NCBI GenBank assembly: GCA_963664435.2
Contig: CAXXKM010000003.1
Location: 1,472,001 to 1,536,000, forward strand
Reading direction: 5' to 3'
Source of the DNA: Longimicrobiales bacterium
GTDB taxonomy: Bacteria; Gemmatimonadota; Gemmatimonadetes; Longimicrobiales; Gaopeijiaceae
DNA length: 64,000 bases
Shown: piece by piece, positions 58,932 through 64,000 of the stretch
Numbering within the stretch: the stretch's first letter is position 1
How the letters are laid out: each line of letters opens with the position of its first letter
Notes under the pieces: generated by a model
Database searches by the model: none
Told to the model about the DNA's origin: nothing
What the model saw: only the letters and a program-made list of their open reading frames with translations
Position numbers and translations under genes: made by a program

Positions 58932-60080
58932 ATGGTTGCGGAGGACAGGTTCGCGCACGTCCTGGAAAACCTGTACATGGCGGCGCTCGGGGATGTCGGG
59001 TGGGACACCGCGGCTGCGTTGATCAACGATATGATCCGGACGCGTGGCCATAGCCTGGTTTACGGGGACCCGAGTCCGGGGCGCGAGCCCGTAGTCCACA
59101 TGGCCAGGTTTTTTGTGGGTGCGGAACGTCGGCAGGACCTGGAACACCGGTATCTTCGCGACTACTGCTGGCAGGATGAAGCTATTCCACGGCTCTATGG
59201 GCTTCGTGACGGCGAACTGGTCCGCAAGTCGGATCTCTACACCGACGACGAAAAAAGGACATCGGCCGCATATAACGAATTTCGGCGTGTCAACAAGACG
59301 GAAAACGGCCTCTTCATGACCCTCCTGGGAGTGGACGGGTGCGGGATGGTCTGGACCTTCGGGAACTCCACCGAACGCGGAGGTTGGGGGCACGAGCAGA
59401 TCCGGACCATCAAACGCCTCTCGCCTCACATACGCCAGTTTGCGCGCGTCCGGCACCTGATGGCCAACGCGGACGCGCTGGGGGCGTCGCTTGCGCAACT
59501 GTGCGAGAACGGACGGGCGGGGATTATCCAGCTGGACCGACGCGGACGCATCCTGGAGGCGAACGACCGCGCCCGGGAAACCCTGCTGAAAGGCGATGGG
59601 CTACGCGACGAGAAGGGGGTGCTGGTTGCCGGGCACCAGGAGAACGCGGAGCTGCAGCGCTTGCTGGCCAGGGCGCTACCCCCGTACGGGGTTCAGGGTG
59701 CAGGGGGCTCGATGAAGATCGCACGCAGGTTCAATCGCGCGCCGCTGGCTCTTGAAATCCATCCCGTCCGAATGATGGGCACGGATCATCGTGGCCGGCA
59801 GGTCGCGGCGCTGGCGCTGGTCGTCGACCCGGTCGCGCGACACGGCGTAGAACCGGACCTGGCAGCCGAGGTCCTGGGCTTGACGCCCGCGGAGGGCCGC
59901 GTCGCGGTGGCGCTGGCGGCCGGTCAGACGGTGGCCGGCGTCGCGGCTTCGCTGGGTTGCGCGGAGAGCACGGCCAAGACGCACCTCAAGTCCGTCTACC
60001 GCAAGCTCGGCATTCGCAAGCAGACCGAGCTCGTGCGGAGGGTCCTGTCGCTCGAAGCCCTGCGGGGATTCGTCCGCTAA
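58932..60080 (+). CDS. LuxR-type HTH regulator with GAF/PAS-like sensing region
   Basis: LD..GRIL..N..A; LTPAE.RVA..L..G.....A..LG..EST.KTHLK.VY.KLG...Q.ELV. Confidence 0.88.
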   Translation: MVAEDRFAHVLENLYMAALGDVGWDTAAALINDMIRTRGHSLVYGDPSPGREPVVHMARFFVGAERRQDLEHRYLRDYCWQDEAIPRLYGLRDGELVRKSDLYTDDEKRTSAAYNEFRRVNKTENGLFMTLLGVDGCGMVWTFGNSTERGGWGHEQIRTIKRLSPHIRQFARVRHLMANADALGASLAQLCENGRAGIIQLDRRGRILEANDRARETLLKGDGLRDEKGVLVAGHQENAELQRLLARALPPYGVQGAGGSMKIARRFNRAPLALEIHPVRMMGTDHRGRQVAALALVVDPVARHGVEPDLAAEVLGLTPAEGRVAVALAAGQTVAGVAASLGCAESTAKTHLKSVYRKLGIRKQTELVRRVLSLEALRGFVR

Positions 60081-60136
60081 CCGCGATCGGGGATGGCGCG
60101 CACGACCGCGGCTGCACATCCGCCCCACCGCCGAGG

Positions 60137-60152
60137 TCCCCCGAAAAGGGGA
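60137..60152. promoter_or_regulatory. Candidate LuxR-type binding box
   Basis: TCCCC-CGAAAA-GGGGA palindrome, followed 23 nt later by -10-like TAGGTT. Confidence 0.45.
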
Positions 60153-60229
60153 TGCCGCCGCGCGCGCCCCCCCGGTAGGTTTGCGCAGCAACACCGGACC
60201 GGTTTGATCCGAGATAGGGAAAGCAAGCC

Positions 60230-60652
60230 ATGAACCGACCCACACTCGCTCTCGCGCTGGCGCTCATCGCGGCCACACCCGGCTTCGCCCAGGACGCCGA
60301 AGCTCCCCCCGGCCACAAGGATCCGATCATCGCGTTCGCGATCGAGATGTTCGTGCCGGTGCTCGGCCACGCCTACGCGGGCGACGCCAAGCGCGGCATC
60401 GCGCCGGCCGTCGTCCAGGTGGCCGGCTTCGGGCTGGTGCTTTACGGCGTCAACGAGGAACTCGACAACCTCTTCGGGAGCAGCGACGGGGACGCCAGGC
60501 CCCTCATCTACGTCGGGCTCGCTTCGGTGGCGGTCGGCAAGTTCTGGGGGCTCGTATCGGTCGCGAAGACGGTCCGCGAGCGCAACGCCTCGCTCGTGGT
60601 CGAGCCAACCCCTGACAGGCAGGTCGCCGTTGGGATCAGAGTGAGTTTCTGA
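60230..60652 (+). CDS. Hypothetical secreted/membrane protein
   Basis: Signal peptide; K.P..A......P.LGH.YAG; C-terminal strand ending in F. Confidence 0.75.
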   Translation: MNRPTLALALALIAATPGFAQDAEAPPGHKDPIIAFAIEMFVPVLGHAYAGDAKRGIAPAVVQVAGFGLVLYGVNEELDNLFGSSDGDARPLIYVGLASVAVGKFWGLVSVAKTVRERNASLVVEPTPDRQVAVGIRVSF

Positions 60653-60960
60653 TGCTAGAGCGCGGTTTTTCCGCGTTTTCGGTTTCTTATACATGCGCCT
60701 CTCCAGGGCCCGAAGCGGCCGCATGGCGCGTCGTCGGGACATGGCGCATCGTCTCCGACCTCCGCGAGATGAGCCGGACCCCCAGCGACTTCGCCGGTCT
60801 CGCGCGCATCCTGCGGGACCGTCACCGCGAGATCGACCCTCGCCGGACCTGGTCAAGAGTGCGAAATCTGTGCGGTGCGAAGTGTCACGATCATCCTCCA
60901 ATGATCTCTTCGCACCCGACTTCAGGCTCATCCCCCGCTGGAAACCGATCTCCCCTTCAT

Positions 60961-60990
60961 TTGCCGTTGGAAGAGCCTCACTGCTATTCT
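60961..60990 (+). promoter_or_regulatory. Putative sigma70-type promoter of the poly-Ser gene
   Basis: TTGCCG-N18-TATTCT; RBS AAGGGAG at 61005-61011. Confidence 0.45.
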
Positions 60991-61016
60991 GGGTGGAGCA
61001 ATTGAAGGGAGTGTAA

Positions 61017-61616
61017 ATGCAGGATTCCATGACGAACCGTGCCTCAGGTTCCGAGGTCGGCCACCTTGAGGACCGACGGGCATTCCTGCGACTGCTGGCG
61101 GGTGGAGTGTTAGGTGCCGGAATGACGCAACTGGCAGCCTGCACGTATGCCGGCGCTGATCTCGTTGGTCTTGCCAACGATGGATACAGCAGTTTTTCCT
61201 CGTCGAGTTCCTCCTCATCGAGTTCCAGCAGCAGTTCGTCGTCGAGTAGCTCTTCGTCCAGTTCGAGTTCGAGCAGTTCCTCGTCGTCCTCATCGAGTTC
61301 CAGTAGCAGTTCGTCGTCGAGCTCCTCGTCATCGAGTAGCTCCTCCTCCAGTTCGAGTTCGAGCAGTTCCTCATCAAGTTCCAGCAGCAGCTCGTCGTCG
61401 AGTTCCTCCTCGTCCAGTTCGAGTCCGAGCAGCTCGTCGAGCAACAGCGGTCAGGGTGGGGGCCAAGCGTCCGGCGGTTCGTCGCAGAGTCCGAGCAGCT
61501 CGTCGTCGAGTTCGAGCAGCGGCGGCTGGGGTGGGGGTCAGGCAGCCGGTGGTTCCTCGTCGAGTTCGAGCGGCAGCTCGTCGTCGACGGGTTCGAGCAG
61601 TTCGTCTTCGGGCTGA
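61017..61616 (+). CDS. Poly-serine protein with twin-arginine leader and lipobox
   Basis: DRRAFLR, hydrophobic stretch, LAAC; 76 consecutive Ser (residues 61-136) using all six Ser codons. Confidence 0.75.
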   Translation: MQDSMTNRASGSEVGHLEDRRAFLRLLAGGVLGAGMTQLAACTYAGADLVGLANDGYSSFSSSSSSSSSSSSSSSSSSSSSSSSSSSSSSSSSSSSSSSSSSSSSSSSSSSSSSSSSSSSSSSSSSSSSSSSSSSSPSSSSSNSGQGGGQASGGSSQSPSSSSSSSSSGGWGGGQAAGGSSSSSSGSSSSTGSSSSSSG

Positions 61617-61653
61617 CGCGCAGCCAACCGGTCACAGCAACCCAACCAAGCAG

Positions 61654-64000
61654 ATGCCTCCCCCATGCGCTCGCCTGGTCCTCTTTGCCACGGCATTCGT
61701 CGCGCTGTCGACCACGGCCTGCGGCGACGGCAGTACGGAGCCTGCACCAACTCCGAACCGGGCGCCGGTGCCTAGCGGCTCCATTCCGGCTCAGACCGTT
61801 GGCGTCGCGGAAACGGCCATGGTGAACCTGGCCGGCTATTTCACCGATGACGGAGACGCTCTGACCTACGGCGCAACCAGCTCCGATGTCACGATCGCGT
61901 CCGTGGCTGTGTCCGGCAGCGTCCTGACCATCACCGGCGTGGCGGCGGGCGCGGCCGCGGTGGCCGTGACGGCCACGGACGGGGGCGGCCTCTCGGCCCG
62001 GCAGAGCTTCCCGGTCACGGTTCCGAACCGGGCGCCGGAAGTCACGGACACGATTCCTCCGCAGATCCTGACGGTCGGAGACACGCGCTCGTGGGCCGGA
62101 TCCGAGCACTTCGCCGATCCAGACGGCGACCGGTTGATGCTGACGGCCGGCACGACCGACGCGTCCGTAGTCCAGGCCTCGGTATCCGGGGACGAGTTGG
62201 AGATTCTCGCCGTAGCGCCAGGGAGAGCCATCGTGACGTTCACCGCTACCGATCCGGAAGGCCTGGGGGTCAGCCAGAGCATTGAGGTGACCTCGGAGAT
62301 CCCGGGGTCCGTGCTCATCTCCAGTGTTGCGCCCGCCGTGCTGCTTGAGGGCGCGCAAGCGACCATCAGCGGCTCAGGGTTTTCGAGTGTTCCCGGGGAC
62401 AACGAAGTGGTGATCGGCGGTTTGGCAGCGACCGTGACCGCGTCGAGTGCGATGCGCCTTTCGGTGACGGTCCCGTACAGCGACTGTCTGCCCCCTCGGC
62501 GCGCCGAGTTGCGCGTGACGGTGCAAGGTGACAGTGACGCCCGGCTGGTGGGGGTGAGCCCGCGCAGCGGGGAAGACATCGATCTTCCGGTCGGCTGGTA
62601 CCGCTACACCTATGGCGGGAACGGCTGCCTCCACCTGCCCGGAGATGACGCGGGAGGCGCATACGTGATCGGAGTCGTCTCCATCTCCGAAGAGCCGTCC
62701 TCTCTGACTCCGGTTGCCGCGACCAGCATCGTCGGAGACCCGACAGTGGTGGCCGGGCGATCGCTCTTCGCCTACTCGGCGCCGCTTCGCGAAGCCGTGG
62801 TACCGGCGCGGCGAAGCCCGTTGCCGAGGGCCGATGTGGCTGCTCCGGCGAGTGCCGCCGCACCTGTCCGGCCGGAAATCGTCGAGGTTGCGCGCGGCTG
62901 GGAGCGCCCCCACAACGAGGTGATGAACCGGAACCGGGGGATCGTCCGGAGGCTGGGTCGAGTGGACCCTGCGGCGGCGCGTGCTCAAGCAACGCGCGCT
63001 CTGTCCGTTAACGACACGCTCACCCTGTTTGCCGGGGGGACGTCTTGCTCGGCCCGCGACCAGATGCGAGCTGTGGTGCGGCTGATCGGCGACCACACCG
63101 TGTGGCTCGACGACTTCGAAAACCCGAGCGGGACCTTCACGGACTCCGAGCTTACGGGACTGGACGCCTTCTACGGAGCCCGAGTGAAGGGGGTTCACGG
63201 CGATTACTTCGGGGACCTGTCCGACGTCGACGGGAACGGGGGCCGGGTCATGGTCGTCATGACGAAGCAGGTGAACGAACAGGACGACCCGGATTCGTTC
63301 CTCGGGGGGCGGGTCTGGTTTGGGGACCTCTATTCGACCGAGACGTGTGCCACCAGCAACCAGGCCGAGGTTGTCTATGGCCGCGCCCCAGATCCCGCGG
63401 GCGTCTTCGGACACGCCTGGACGAAGGAGCAAACCCTTGCATACTACCCGTCCCTGCTGACGCACGAGATCGCCCACCTCGCGCAGGGTGCCGCCTCGGT
63501 GTTCGGGGGAGCCGACTTCACCACCTGGGAGCTGGAGGGCGGCGCGACGCTTTCGGAACAGCTGGTGGCCTACGGCCTCTTCGGACATGGATCGGGGCAG
63601 AACATGGGATACGAACAGTGGGAAGACGGCCGTGAGTGGTACGAGAACTGGACTTTCGGGCTGGCCCGATTCTTAGGGTGGGACTCGAACGATCCGACCG
63701 ACACCCGCCGGATCCCGAACGCGCCGGAGGAGTGCAGTTGGATCGGTACTCCGGAGGAGGGAAACGACGGCCCTTGCGCCTACCCGTTCAGAGCCGTGTA
63801 CGATGTTCCGTCGATGGTCTTCCGGTTCGCGATGGACCGCTGGGGAGACGAATACCCGGGCGGCGAGAGGGCCCTGATGCATCGCCTCATGCAATCTCCC
63901 ACGAGGGGGCTGGCTTCCCTGGCGGAGGTTAGCGACTGGCGGGCCGAACAGATTCTGGCGGACTTCTACATGTCGCTGTGGATCGACCTGAACGGCTGGG
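61654..64000 (+). CDS. Surface lipoprotein: two cadherin/Ig-like repeats, IPT/TIG domain, gluzincin-like metallopeptidase (3' truncated)
   Basis: Not in ORF track (no stop in window); lipobox TTAC, NRAP...F.D.DGD.L..TATD x2, ISGSGFS...N.V.IGG, HEIAH...WELEG. Confidence 0.85.
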   Translation, partial: MPPPCARLVLFATAFVALSTTACGDGSTEPAPTPNRAPVPSGSIPAQTVGVAETAMVNLAGYFTDDGDALTYGATSSDVTIASVAVSGSVLTITGVAAGAAAVAVTATDGGGLSARQSFPVTVPNRAPEVTDTIPPQILTVGDTRSWAGSEHFADPDGDRLMLTAGTTDASVVQASVSGDELEILAVAPGRAIVTFTATDPEGLGVSQSIEVTSEIPGSVLISSVAPAVLLEGAQATISGSGFSSVPGDNEVVIGGLAATVTASSAMRLSVTVPYSDCLPPRRAELRVTVQGDSDARLVGVSPRSGEDIDLPVGWYRYTYGGNGCLHLPGDDAGGAYVIGVVSISEEPSSLTPVAATSIVGDPTVVAGRSLFAYSAPLREAVVPARRSPLPRADVAAPASAAAPVRPEIVEVARGWERPHNEVMNRNRGIVRRLGRVDPAAARAQATRALSVNDTLTLFAGGTSCSARDQMRAVVRLIGDHTVWLDDFENPSGTFTDSELTGLDAFYGARVKGVHGDYFGDLSDVDGNGGRVMVVMTKQVNEQDDPDSFLGGRVWFGDLYSTETCATSNQAEVVYGRAPDPAGVFGHAWTKEQTLAYYPSLLTHEIAHLAQGAASVFGGADFTTWELEGGATLSEQLVAYGLFGHGSGQNMGYEQWEDGREWYENWTFGLARFLGWDSNDPTDTRRIPNAPEECSWIGTPEEGNDGPCAYPFRAVYDVPSMVFRFAMDRWGDEYPGGERALMHRLMQSPTRGLASLAEVSDWRAEQILADFYMSLWIDLNGW

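Noticed and set aside
60077..61444. Antisense ORF with a striking L/D/E-only acidic tract
   Set aside because: Automatic shadow of TCN/AGY codons (giving GAN/CTN); the + frame has the RBS, Tat motif and lipobox and avoids AGR

Overview
GC-rich bacterial DNA with about 46 densely packed CDSs. The gene content (fused E1 alpha/beta dehydrogenase, DUF2723, DUF5916, HEAT-cyclophilin fusion, Ig/cadherin-like lipoprotein) suggests a Gemmatimonadota-like organism; this is inference only. I recognised no rRNA, tRNA, CRISPR array, integrase or transposase. The backbone is housekeeping and metabolic (coaE, acetoacetyl-CoA synthetase, moeB, mtaB, apt, lhr, ggt, MATE). Accessory segments: (i) a visibly lower-GC block of about 12 kb (about 20.6-32.8 kb) with a flavin-dependent halogenase, an exported amidohydrolase, an S9 peptidase, hydantoinase/oxoprolinase A+B and a DUF5916 protein; (ii) a run of exported rhodanese, RnfD-like membrane protein with Cx7C repeats (apparently a CTG start) and a non-catalytic FGE-like protein; (iii) two toxin-antitoxin pairs; (iv) a terminal block with a LuxR-type regulator and candidate box, a Tat/lipobox protein with 76 consecutive serines encoded by all six Ser codons, and a truncated Ig/IPT/HEXXH surface lipoprotein. 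All calls come from motif reading by eye, and several start codons are uncertain.
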